The notes below the pieces were generated by a model. It searched no databases. It saw only the letters and a list, made by a program, of their open reading frames with translations, and was not told the DNA's origin. A stretch of 64,000 nt of DNA from Microthyrium microscopicum (Eukaryota): the NCBI GenBank assembly GCA_010405405.1, contig MU004230.1, positions 1,460,627 through 1,524,626 on the forward strand, given 5' to 3'. Below are positions 20,280 to 31,860 of the stretch, one piece after another (position 1 is the stretch's first letter; each line of letters opens with the position of its first letter). Position numbers and translations under genes: made by a program.

Positions 20280-21972
20280 TCGGTTCTGAAATTCAATTAG
20301 AATGGAAACTCCAGGCCAATCATGAATAGAGGACTTGAAGTTCGCTAGCAGAATTTTCATGTCATACTCAAACTATTCAGTACAGTCTGGTTGGATTGCA
20401 TAACTCATATTTCATATCACAGGAATCACCATGGTCGCATCAGGGACGGGCTGAGGAGCTATTGGATCTGTAAAAGAAAGGTCAGCTTGATAGAGCAGAA
20501 TAGTCCACGCATTTCAGCCCCAGTTTGATGTATCTATTGAAGGTTGTTCCTAGTATGTTGCACCTCTATCGTGGCGCTGGCTGAGCAAGTCTCAAGCTCG
20601 CCTAAAAAGCCCATAGAAATCTAGAATAGGACACGCTGCGACTGTGGCAGTACCGTGGAACTATTCACACGATGTTGTCCGCGAACTCGACCAGTAAACT
20701 CAAGTTGGTTGACCTACCTGAGACCTCTTATCATCGAATACTGAAGGTAGAAAGACTTGCGATTAAATCATCGACCACAACATCATCAGCACCGCTGTCA
20801 ACTCTCGATTTGGTCCGTGGCTGTCACTTCTGCGTCTATCAATATCTCGTCTTGCTCACTGGATGCCTATTCGTCCACCTGGGCTTTCCATCGGAAAATG
20901 CACGAATACAAGACCAGTCTATATAAGTCAGTCTTAAGGAACTAGTACATAGAAACAAATTAACTTACACAGACCTAATAGGACCTAAGTTGTAACTAAT
21001 CACTAAAAGGTGCAGCTGCAGTATCCACATTTCCAAACGCGTCTGCCCGCGAACCAGTGGATCGCTGGCTCCAATTCCTAACGACCTCACAACGCAACTA
21101 CATCTGGTCAGACATGACGAAATTCTGACCCGACAGCGCCCCATTTTTACTGGCATGCTTCTGTGAGGCTTGAAAAGAGTCAAGAACGATGGAAGATGCC
21201 ATCCATTTTCTACAGAGATGAGCCGCTCAGAGGCCCTGACCTGCCAGCGGCCCAGCCGCCACCAACAGGCCTACGGCATCATTTTTATACCAGGCTCAGC
21301 TTCTTTCTTGTCTTCAAAGTATCTGGTTGTTTTCAAGCTTCACCCCTGTATGGTAAAGATCCAGTGTTCTTTCCCGCTTGTGCCTGCTGCTCCTTATAAT
21401 CTTGATGGATCTATGCATAAACGACGGTGCAGCGGCCAATTGAAGTCAAGCCATATGTCATGCCACGAGTCACCTGTCCTCCGCCCAGGAAAGCCTGCAA
21501 AATGCAAGTCTGCAGGCTCGACGATGATCGATAATGAGAACGGCCATAAACATTGAATTTGAAGAAATCATTTGGCATCGCAATATCGAAACTTGAGCCA
21601 AAGATACTGCCTGTTGACAGAAAACATTGACAATAGGGGTTGTACTGAAATCTGATCCTGCCTTGGTGGCACACGGGTAGCGGTTTGACATCAATCACCA
21701 CCGCCAAGCATACAAGACCATTTTTGATTGGTTTCGTTCTGCCAATTGTTAGTGCGGCATTGGAGATGTGCGTTGATGGCTGAAATTTCGTCAAGACACT
21801 GGCCCAATTCTGGCGCTACTACTTGTTGTTTTTCTGTTCTAGACTTCAGCTTGAACTCTGCTCCATTTTGTAAGCAAAATGGAGAACTAATATAAAGAAA
21901 CCTTAGTTACTAGTCGTTGCAGCCCAAACTTGTCCCTCTACGGAATCACGGTAATCATTGAACGTGTTCACG

Positions 21973-23527
21973 ATGAATTTCTTCACACTCGTTACTATAC
22001 TGGCTTCCCAGCTGGGCAGTGTTGTTGCTGCTCCAACCCCTGGACTCGAACTTCAAGCACGCGCAGTACCGCTAGCAGCTTGCAAGTTACCAGTCGCATC
22101 TGTGTTGTCTAAAATACAAGCATACGAATTTTGTACATCGTGGCTCGGAATCAAAACCAGTACAGTCTCAGGTGAGCTATATCTGGCTGGTCTAGAAATC
22201 ATCTAATCATATCAGCCATAAAAACCACTGTCGTCCTGACCACAACAGCATCAACGAAGACTTCAACTTCAACCGTAAGTTAACATCGAGCAAACCGCAT
22301 AGTGGCTGGTCTTGTGGTCTTGAATCGGCTAACCATAAACCACGATAGGTTCTGGCAACCGCCTCAGCTGATACAGTGATTGATACGACCACGACAGTAC
22401 TTAGCACGTCCTTTGCTCCAACAGCAACTAATACCGTACCTACTACCGTCACAGTTGTGTCTTCTATCACTGCGCTTACGACTTCTACTAGCACATCTAC
22501 CTCGTAAGTCCTCAAGTGCTCATGTCAGTGATGAAATCTGGATTGGCATAGCTCACGTAAAAACTTTAGCACGAGCACTACCTTTCTCTACGATATTCAG
22601 AATAAAAGAAAGGCAAAGAGAACCGCGAAACCGGCCAAACCCAATGGTGAAGCATTCTTCTCATGATCTCTCATAACAATTATTGACGGGCCTTCAGAGT
22701 TGCAAATATTCGCTGACAGTCTTATATCCTCTGCTTGTTCATGTATAGCAACCACGCCAGTTGTCACATCCACATCTACAACCGCCACGACCTCTGCCGT
22801 CGTCAGTGTAGCCAACATCTTAACGACGACAACTTCCACTGGTTCTACGATTATTGTTACTCACACCAGCATCGTCACTCAAGTGTCTGTCATTAACACA
22901 ACTGTAAGTACTTTTTACATTACAGTCTAGCAGCTAGATTATGTCTAACAACACACAGCCCTCGACAACTATCACAAGCATCACAACGACCACAGTACCG
23001 ACCACCATCGCCACTAGCACCACCGTCGTCAGCACAACTGTGACAGCGTTGGCCATTGAAGATGTAGTCATCACACCTGTTGAACTTGACGGATGCACTG
23101 TTGGCACAAATTTTGCACGATTCAACAACATCGGCGGAAACAGTTTCGAACAAGCTGGTCAATTTTGCGCTGCCAGATGCGTCGGTGAGTTGTCTTGCAA
23201 GCACTTTCATAGTGGAAAAGATTTGAAATCATTGGCTAATGTATATTGTACAGCCGCCGGTAAGACCAATTGCGACGACTTTTTCACACAACAGAATCTG
23301 CCAGGAGGAACTTGGGACTGCTTCCTGTGAGTTGTCATGTGTGAGGCATCGCGTGTCGAAACTAACTGTGCTTCTAGTCTACGCCTACAGGATGAGTTGA
23401 ACACTAACTTCTTTTGTAACAATCCAAACATTGGAAGAGCGGCTGAATGGATGTAAGTGATTCTTGATACATAATTCTGGTCGAACGAATACTTGATGCT
23501 AACAAACTCGACAGTATCATCTATTAG
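21973..23527 (+). CDS. Secreted Thr/Ser-rich (mucin-like) protein with Cys motifs and a C-terminal PAN/Apple-like domain, 9 exons
   Basis: Signal peptide MNFFTLVTILASQLGSVVA. Introns 22172-22215, 22275-22348, 22504-22569, 22647-22697, 22904-22958, 23185-23253, 23327-23377, 23453-23514 give a continuous frame. AYEFCTSWL and ISSACSC motifs; C-terminal CAARC...CDDF...DCFL...FC. TATAAA near 21891. Confidence 0.72.
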
Positions 23528-24059
23528 TATAGGTAGCCTGCAAATAGTGACCAAACAAGATATCTGTTCCGATCGAATATAGGATGGCAGAGTTGTCATA
23601 TAATTGTTCAATACCTTCCGTGGACTGCTCATACGTGGTCTGCGGGATCCAAAAAGTGGTACTCTCACCGTGTGCCCACCCTGACCACGCTCTTTTGGCA
23701 AGAACCACGCGAACAAGGCAGCAACGACGGCGATTGAACCGTGTACACACCGTGTGAACACTGACCTAAGTGCTAGCTACGATCGAAACTATTCTTTAGT
23801 GGTAACCTCACCGTGTCTCGAATCCTAGAACCCTCCTATGAGTTTGGTGCATCTCAGTAAGCACGGTTGCATTCCACGTACCAAACAAGCTTCATTTCTT
23901 GCATCCTTCATGCCTTCACCCGCATCTCCACGTACCTTGTGATGTTGAAGGCACGAAGATACAGTGTCTCTTCTTGTCACTGACAGTCGGGAAGAAGCAC
24001 GAGGGAGTGAATCAGCCTGTCCGTATCATGCTGACCGCCCAATCCTGCTCGACTGTCGA

Positions 24060-24101
24060 GCAAGCTGCAAGCTGCAAGCTGCAAGCTGCAAGCTGCAAGC
24101 T
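24060..24101. repeat. Heptanucleotide microsatellite (GCAAGCT) x6
   Basis: Six exact tandem copies in intergenic DNA. Confidence 0.95.
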
Positions 24102-24721
24102 AGACAAGTACTCTCGAGCAATGATTCTGTAATGACTATGGGCGCGAAAAGAACGAGAGTATGAAGCTGATAGGGTCAATGTCGAGGAAGTTGGAGAATG
24201 TACTTAGCCACTAAGCCTAAATTGGCGGTGAGGATGATGTTTCGAGAATCAAACATTGTTCATGAAGTAGAGATGTATTTTGGAAAACTCCGATTTCGAT
24301 TGAATCCGATAAATGGTCAGCTAAAGATTACTCCGTATTCTCCGAATCCTAATCATCATGTTGGTTGAGCTGGGGTAGAATGGGTCTAGAGCAGACTAGC
24401 GTCCAATGATTAAAAATCCGAGCATCGGATGCAAGACATTTGATCTCGCCTTCTATCCAGAACTCTCCACCCTTGACCAATCCCCAACAATCCACGATTA
24501 CACAATCACCAACTCCATAAAAACCCTTCTTCCCTCCCTCAACATCTCCAATTCCAATCGTCAAACTGTTCTCCTCAGCATTTAAACGCGTTCGGCTGCC
24601 CCTCCGCGCCTCAGCCAGCATACCAATTATCACACTCGCAACCACCCTCAACCACAAACCCCCCACCACCCAAAACCTCTCCTCCCTCCCCACTACCCTC
24701 AGCAAATCTACCACGCGCAGC

Positions 24722-25815
24722 ATGCACTCCAAACTCGTAATCATTGGCTCCGGGCCCGCCGGCCACACCGCCGCCATCTACGCCGCGCGCGCCGACCTCA
24801 AACCCGTCCTCTACGAAGGTTTTCTCGCCCTCGGAATCGCAGCCGGCGGGCAATTAACCACCACCGATGAAGTCGAAAACTACCCCGGTTTCACGATGAT
24901 CAAGGGCGGCGAGCTCATGGACTCTATGCGCGCGCAATCTATCGCCTGTGGCACAGAGATTGTGAGCCAGACGGTGGCGAAGGTGGACTTTAAGGCGAAA
25001 CCCTTCAAGTACTGGCTGCATCCGATGGGCGATGATGAAAGCGTGGAGGAGGAAGAACATACTGCGGACGCGGTGATTATTGCGACGGGCGCAAAGGCTA
25101 GACGGCTGGATCTGAAGGGCGAGGAAACGTATTGGGGAAATGGCGTGTCTGCTTGTGCGGTGTGTGATGGGAGTCTGCCCATGTTTCGCAATCAACCGCT
25201 TGTTGTGATTGGTGGTGGTGATTCGGCGGTCGAGGAGGCGATGTATCTGACTAAGAAGGCATCGAAAGTGACAGTGTTGGTGAGAAGGGATGTGCTAAGG
25301 GCCAGTAAAGCGAACGCTAAGCGGCTCATGTCACATCCCAAAGTCGAGATTCTATGGGAAACGGCAGCGACGGAAATTACGGGTGCGACACCGCAAGGGA
25401 CCATGTCAGGATTAACGATTAAGAATTTAAAGACTGGAAAGGAGGAGAGCATAGAGGCAAGAGGGTTGTTTTACGCAGTTGGCCATGACCCGGCTACGCT
25501 TCTATTCAAGGGTCAACTTGATATGGATGAGGATGGGTATCTTATCACAACGCCGGGACGAGGCTTAACGAATATTCCTGGTGTTTTCGCTGCTGGCGAT
25601 GTACAGGATAAGAAGTATCGTCAAGCGATTACCAGCGCAGGTCAGTATTTCCCAATAACTAATTTCTTCCAAGATACTAACAGTTTTTAGGCTCTGGCTG
25701 TGTTGCTGCATTAGAAGCAGAGCACTATCTCGCAGGCTTAGAGGACGAAGAGCCATTGAGAACGCAGGCTGATGCACATGGACATGATGGAGCTGTTGTC
25801 AATGGGAAAATATGA
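24722..25815 (+). CDS. TRR1: Thioredoxin reductase (low-MW type)
   Basis: Exons 24722-25640 and 25691-25815. IIGSGPAG, GGQLTTTDEVENYPGF, redox motif [41 protein letters not shown]. Confidence 0.96.
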
Positions 25816-26319
25816 AACGATGCCATGCCTTCGACCAAAATTCGAAGATAGATGCTAGAGCTGTAGGGGAGTGGCATATCTGCCAGGGTTAGTAGGGCGT
25901 TCGCGGTATAGATTTGCTCGAGTAGCAATAAGTTAGACGCAATGTTTGAGATATAAATGTCTTTTAGACAGAAATGTTTTGGATCATGATTATATTCATA
26001 AATTCGTCGTCGAGTACACGCTATGATGATGGGGCATACGATCTATAATATTACACATAATCTTGAGCTCTCCTCCTGCTTTTTGATGGTAAGAGTGATG
26101 ATGCGCCGATCAATTGCTTCCAGAGTGATGTCGCCCGAAACCTCAACTTTGCAATTCTGAGAGGACGGCATCACGTTGATGACTACATCCTGGGAAAGGG
26201 GTAGATAGAGGTTTACCCATTTGTGGTCTGAGACGTTGTCTTGTTTCGACGAGAACATGATACCTGTCATTGCTGTTGGTAAAGTTTCCGAGGAGATGGA
26301 TAAGAACTGCACACTTTAT

Positions 26320-26816
26320 TCAAGTATTAAGGAGTTGGAGCGCACTTTGGAAAGCCTCTACCACTTTGATGTCTAGGCGAGTTAGTAGTGGGCTCAAGTG
26401 ACATTGATACTGGAACCTTACAATGGACTCGTTTGTCTTCCAGTTCATCTTCCGATACCTTGACGCGAGCGACGCGGGTCTTGAGTCTTGGAAATATGAG
26501 TAAAGGCTTGAATGTATTGAGACTTAACAGTACCTCTTTTTGGCGCGTTCAGCATCATATTCATGCATGGTGCGTGCCCAGATGTTGAAGTACTACATAA
26601 TGGTTGATTAGTGGCAATCTGAAAACTAGTATGCAAATTCCATACAGCATTGAGTTTGGTAAGGTCATCGAATAGTTTTTGTTCAGCTTGCTCGAGCTGA
26701 CTCATTTCACCCTCGAACTGTGAATATAGGTTATCCCAGTCAAACGGCTGTATGGCTTCCTTGGGGTCGAATGTCTCAGGGGCGGCATTGTCCGTTTCTT
26801 GTTTACTGTCGGCCAT
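26320..26816 (-). CDS. Small helical/coiled-coil fungal protein of unknown function (about 115 aa, 4 exons)
   Basis: Exons 26816-26646, 26592-26534, 26486-26422, 26372-26320 splice in frame: ...PFDWDNLYSQF...YFNIWAR...RAKKRLKTR...SEDELEDKRVHYIKVVEAFQSALQLLNT*. Confidence 0.7.
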
Positions 26817-27554
26817 GATGATTGCCAACGGATGGAACGAGTGAGTAGTAAAGTGGAAAGACTGTCAAAGTCTCGGGATTTTCAAGGAGAGGTAGTTGGA
26901 CTTGTAGCTGGCCTAGGGAGGAAGGAGTGACAGAGAGCGGTGTTTATTGATTTGGCAGGAGCGACCAAGCCTTTGTTGTCCAGTCTTTTCTTGAATTATC
27001 ATTTGCTAGACCGATCACCATGCATCTGTTCCCTAGTTGCGCAAAAGATGCAAAGTGTTGGAGACGGCATACCCAATCACTGGCATATTGCACCTTGATG
27101 GTTCGTCGCTTGTGTTGGCCAAGCAGAGCTGATGCACACAAAATAGATCACAACGCGTCTATCCCACCCGGCCCACGCGCGTGCCAAACCGAGACACGCC
27201 ATATCACGTGTAGATACCTATTGCAACGCCTCCCAATTAATGACCAGTCAGTTGTATGGTTTAGAAATCGATAGAATGACACTCTAAGTCTTTGACTTAC
27301 CTCACTTCCGCCCAGACCCAGTCCTATGACACTGAGCAACCTCTACCTACCGTTAACCTATTCTCAGTCTTACCCCTCAAGCATTCCTCCTCGCCCAAGA
27401 TCCAACTTCATCCTCAACTCACATACCTTAAGAGTCAACACCATGACTTCTCTATAGAACGTTCCTCGCTGCGAGCTCATACTATCATGGATCCAATACT
27501 TCCCACCATACAACACCCCTTCAATCCTTGGAACGCAGTGGATCGCTATTCAAC

Positions 27555-29048
27555 ATGTCGGAGATGGACTGTGATATCTGTGGTCGCCTGGCCCAGGACA
27601 ACCTGCCCTTTCACTGCTGCACATGCGCCCGCTCCTACCTTTACAACCATCGAATCGACCTAGCTACCGCCCTAGTAGATAAAGAGCAAGCCGCACGTCG
27701 TATAGATGCCGTAATAACTGGGGACATCTCACGAGTACCCGCAACCACTACCCTCGATGGCGCGATAATGGATATGCGGGATGCCTCAAGGTCACACCAC
27801 GTCGCAGAAGTTATGTCTGAAACTCTCCTTGTGAATGAGCGAATTCAAAAAGTGAGCGACCAGGCAAAGCTTCTTCGAGAGCAGATTGCGGAACACAAGA
27901 AACAGCTCTCAGAAATGAAAGCCAGGCATTCGAGACAGGCATCTGACGAAGAATCGGCTCGTTATGGTCTAGAGAATAGATCGAAATCTGATGTTGAGCA
28001 ACTCAAAAAGAATATACGACAGACCAAGAGATCTTGGGACGCAGACTATTTGGACATTATCCGTGGGCGGACCTCTCTTTGCCGTAATGCTGCAAGATTG
28101 GCCGGCATGGGTAAATCACGAACCTCCGAGGGTAAAGTTGGCATGAAAGAGCATTTCAGAATCGCCAGAAAACTTCCAATATTCGATCTACGAGAAATAA
28201 CTAACGCCGACCCGGAGGTTTTGACTGCTTCTTTGACACAAGTGGCCTACCTGGTCTCACAGGTATCTTCGTATCTTGCACTCCGACTCCCTGCAGAAAT
28301 CGTCCTTCCCTACAAAGACCATCCACAGCCCACAATATGCGCACCTAGTGCATCATACCTAGGACGAGATGGTGCTGGATCACAAAACTCGTCATCGCCA
28401 AGTAGTCCATCTGCGTCCAAGATTCTAGACCAAAAAGCTCACAGACCCCGTCCTCTATCTATATCGAAAACCATTTCTAAACTTCACAAGGATGATCCGG
28501 CCGGTTTCACATTTTTCATCGAGGGCGTTTCTTTGCTTGCATGGGATATTGCATGGCTTTGCAAAACCCAAGGCATGTCTGGGATGACAGATTGGACTGA
28601 TGTATGCTCTATGGGTCACAATCTCTGGCAACTTCTGTCGGCAGATTCCCGAGGAGTTTCCAAGACCACTAGCGATGGATCAGTCAATGAAGCCGGCAAA
28701 GCGCGCGCATTGAATTTTCCCACGAAATTTGGACGATACTCCCATGGGAGCGCTCACTCGTTTTTCGGTTCAACTGAAGAATCTGACCTTGTCCGTGGTT
28801 GGAGGCTGTCACCAACACGGGTCACTGATCGCGTTCGAGCTCATCTTGTAGGAGAGATGCAAGGCGCCGAATGGGAAGTGGTTGAAGAGCAAGAGTGGGA
28901 TGATGCCGACGCAAGACCAGAAGAAGAGCCAGTGCTTGTAGGAGGCCGAAGATGGAGCTCTGCGAACAGGAGTGATTCCCAGTCTGCGAAACCTGGTACG
29001 TCGGGCTGGACACGACTTAGATATCGCAATGAAAATTCCGGCGGGTAG
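27555..29048 (+). CDS. ATG14: ATG14/UVRAG(Vps38)-family PI3K complex subunit, most like Atg14
   Basis: N-terminal CDIC...CCTC cysteine motif, a long coiled coil, then YLALRLPAEIVLP and FIEGVSLLAWDIAWLC typical of the family. Confidence 0.75.
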   Translation: MSEMDCDICGRLAQDNLPFHCCTCARSYLYNHRIDLATALVDKEQAARRIDAVITGDISRVPATTTLDGAIMDMRDASRSHHVAEVMSETLLVNERIQKVSDQAKLLREQIAEHKKQLSEMKARHSRQASDEESARYGLENRSKSDVEQLKKNIRQTKRSWDADYLDIIRGRTSLCRNAARLAGMGKSRTSEGKVGMKEHFRIARKLPIFDLREITNADPEVLTASLTQVAYLVSQVSSYLALRLPAEIVLPYKDHPQPTICAPSASYLGRDGAGSQNSSSPSSPSASKILDQKAHRPRPLSISKTISKLHKDDPAGFTFFIEGVSLLAWDIAWLCKTQGMSGMTDWTDVCSMGHNLWQLLSADSRGVSKTTSDGSVNEAGKARALNFPTKFGRYSHGSAHSFFGSTEESDLVRGWRLSPTRVTDRVRAHLVGEMQGAEWEVVEEQEWDDADARPEEEPVLVGGRRWSSANRSDSQSAKPGTSGWTRLRYRNENSGG

Positions 29049-29800
29049 TTGAGACTTCATGGCGCTAAATGGCAGGATAACCACAAGATAGACTTTTAGA
29101 TACGTTCATGAATATGATATTGAATAATTATGCCTATACTTGTCCCATCTGAGCCATCTCTACCTCACGCTAAGTAATTGACAAAATAAATGGCGCGCTC
29201 TTCTTAGCTTGTTTGGCGCGTACACGCTATTTGATTTTTGTTAAGTCGAGCTTCTTAGATATCGCATACGATGGGAGTTAGAGAGCATGCTTTTCATAAC
29301 ATCAGATGCGGAGGTAGACATCGCACTCGGTGGCTGATACACTCGACTTTGTCATTTTGAGAACGAAAGGCGGCTCAAAATCGAGACTAACCTAACTTGC
29401 TTTAGCCTTGACCAGATGTGCCGCTAAAACTTCTGAGAGCGACCCCTGTCTGATGAAGCGTGTCCATTTCGAGCCCTCCATCTCAACATCTCAACTCCAA
29501 TTCAGTCCTCCACCAACCTGCCACTATCGTCTGGCGAGAGACAATTGCTGCTGCCTCTCTCTACATTCTCTTATACACACTGCCTGGCTTAATCTATTCT
29601 CCTAGACCTCACCCGAGTTGCCTTGTCCGTCCATGGCCAGGCTGGTCACTTTTTGACACTGTCCTTCGACGTTCCTTCATTCACTGAAGATTCAACGACC
29701 CATACCAATCGTCACTGAAGATCTGCTCGTGGACTGCATACCTCTGAGCACGATATACCTATTATAGAATTCCCTACATCCACCTTCATTCATCATCAAA

Positions 29801-31241
29801 ATGCCCGCCAAAAACCGCTTCACGCGCATCGACGCCTTTACAAAGACAGTTGAAGATGCTCGAGTGCGCACAACATCTGGTGGCATAGTCACCCTCACAT
29901 CACTTCTAGTCATCCTATGGCTCGTATGGGGAGAATGGGCTGAATACCGACAAGTCATTGTTCGGCCTGAATTGATAGTAGACAAAAGTCGAGGCGAGAA
30001 GATGGAGATTCACATGAACGTCACATTTCCCCGGATACCGTGCGAACTACTTACCCTCGATGTCATGGATGTCAGCGGCGAAGTACAAACAGGCGTCATG
30101 CACGGCATTGCCAAAGTCCGCCTCGCGGCCGAAGACCAAGGCGGTCACGAACTTGAAGTCAAAGCATTAGATCTGTCAGTTCTCCCGGCGCATTTCTCAC
30201 CCTCCCAATCTTCCACAATTACTAACAACAAGCCATAGACATTCCGACGAAGCCAACCACCTCGACCCAAACTACTGCGGCGAATGCTACGGCGCCCCCG
30301 CCCCCGAACACGGCTTAAAAGCTGGCTGCTGCAACACCTGCGAAGAAGTCCGCGACGCCTACGCCCAAATTTCCTGGTCCTTTGGCCGCGGCGAAAACGT
30401 CGAACAATGCACCCGAGAGCATTACGCCGAGCGCCTCGATGCGCAACGCCGCGAAGGCTGTCGTCTAGAAGGCAGTATCCGCGTCAACAAAGTCGTTGGC
30501 AACTTCCACTTTGCACCCGGCAAATCCTTCTCCAACGGCAACATCCACGTACACGATCTCGAAAACTACTTCAAAGATGAAGGCGGACACAGCTTCACGC
30601 ATAAAATACATCATCTAAGATTCGGTCCTGAATTACCGCAGCGCGCGATCCAGGCGCTGAGTGCGAGTTCGGGCGGCGGCGAGGTGTGGAGTAATCATCA
30701 TGTGAATCCATTAGAGGGAAGTGAGCAGCATACGGATGATAAGACGTTCAATTATATGTATTTCGTCAAAGTCGTTAGTACGGCGTACCTACCGCTCGGA
30801 TGGGAGAAGTTCAAGGGCAAGAGCATTGATACGGGCGCGCATGCGTATCCGCATGAGTGGGTGGGACTTGGTATGCTCGGACATGGAGATATGGGATCCA
30901 TTGAGACGCATCAGTACAGTGTGACAAGCCACAAGCGCAGTGTGACTGGTGGTGATGATTCGAAAGAGGGCCACAAGGAACGTATTCATGCGCGTGGTGG
31001 TATTCCTGGTGTCTTCTTCTCCTACGTAAGTCCACTCCGTACTCCTTCATAGACGCATGCTAATTCGGAGCAGGACATCTCACCCATGAAGGTCATTAAC
31101 CGCGAAGTACGCTCCAAGACATTCAGCGGTTTCCTAGTTGGCGTCTGCGCAGTCATCGGCGGCACACTTACCGTCGCCGCCGCAATTGACCGCGCGCTCT
31201 ACGAAGGCCACCGGACGGTGCGAAAGCTTAACAAGAATTAG
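29801..31241 (+). CDS. ERV46: ER-Golgi vesicle protein Erv46/ERGIC3
   Basis: Exons 29801-30174, 30239-31025, 31074-31241. DAFTKT, PCELLTLDVMDVSGE, YCGECYGA, CCNTCEEVRDAY, NKVVGNFHFAPG, PGVFFSYDISPMKV, CAVIGG. Confidence 0.93.
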
Positions 31242-31860
31242 AGGAACAGATAGAACGAAGGGAGGATATAGATCAGATGACATATGAGTGCTTACAATGA
31301 AGCACTCTGACACAACTACAAAACACCTTTTTACCGCATCGTGTATGGAGTTTTAAGGCACTGGGATAGCTTGCTGGGACTTTTGAGGGAATTGACACAC
31401 TGTTTGATAAAAAGGTCGGCCGGTGCGGAAGTTTTATGTATGTATTAGGGGAGTCTTACCAAGTCAAATGTAGCAGCAGCAAATTCAAACAATCCAAACA
31501 TCAATCACTTCATCACTATCATGAGCAGAAATGAGAAAGTTATCAGCATTATAGCTGTATTACAAGAGCTAAACTACAACTATACTAATAATCCACCATC
31601 AATCCATCCAGAATCCCGTCGATTAGACCAGGGATCATCGCTAGTAATTTGCCCATCTCAAGCGACTCGCGGTCGAATGGGAGCTATAATCATTACAATA
31701 AGAGTATTCTTTTCACCGCTTGCTTTGTCCAAAAAAAAATCCTTCGCTGGTATGGGGATATCCCAATTCAATCAAGTCTATAAACATAACGAGGCCCCGT
31801 GGCCCAGAAAACGCCAATTCGTAAACTTCGTGATCATCGCTTGACAAGTCAGAGCCACCA

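Noticed and set aside
20672..20926. ORF with LVDLPE..RIL resembling an F-box-like start
   Set aside because: The motif is too short and no coherent downstream gene model could be built.
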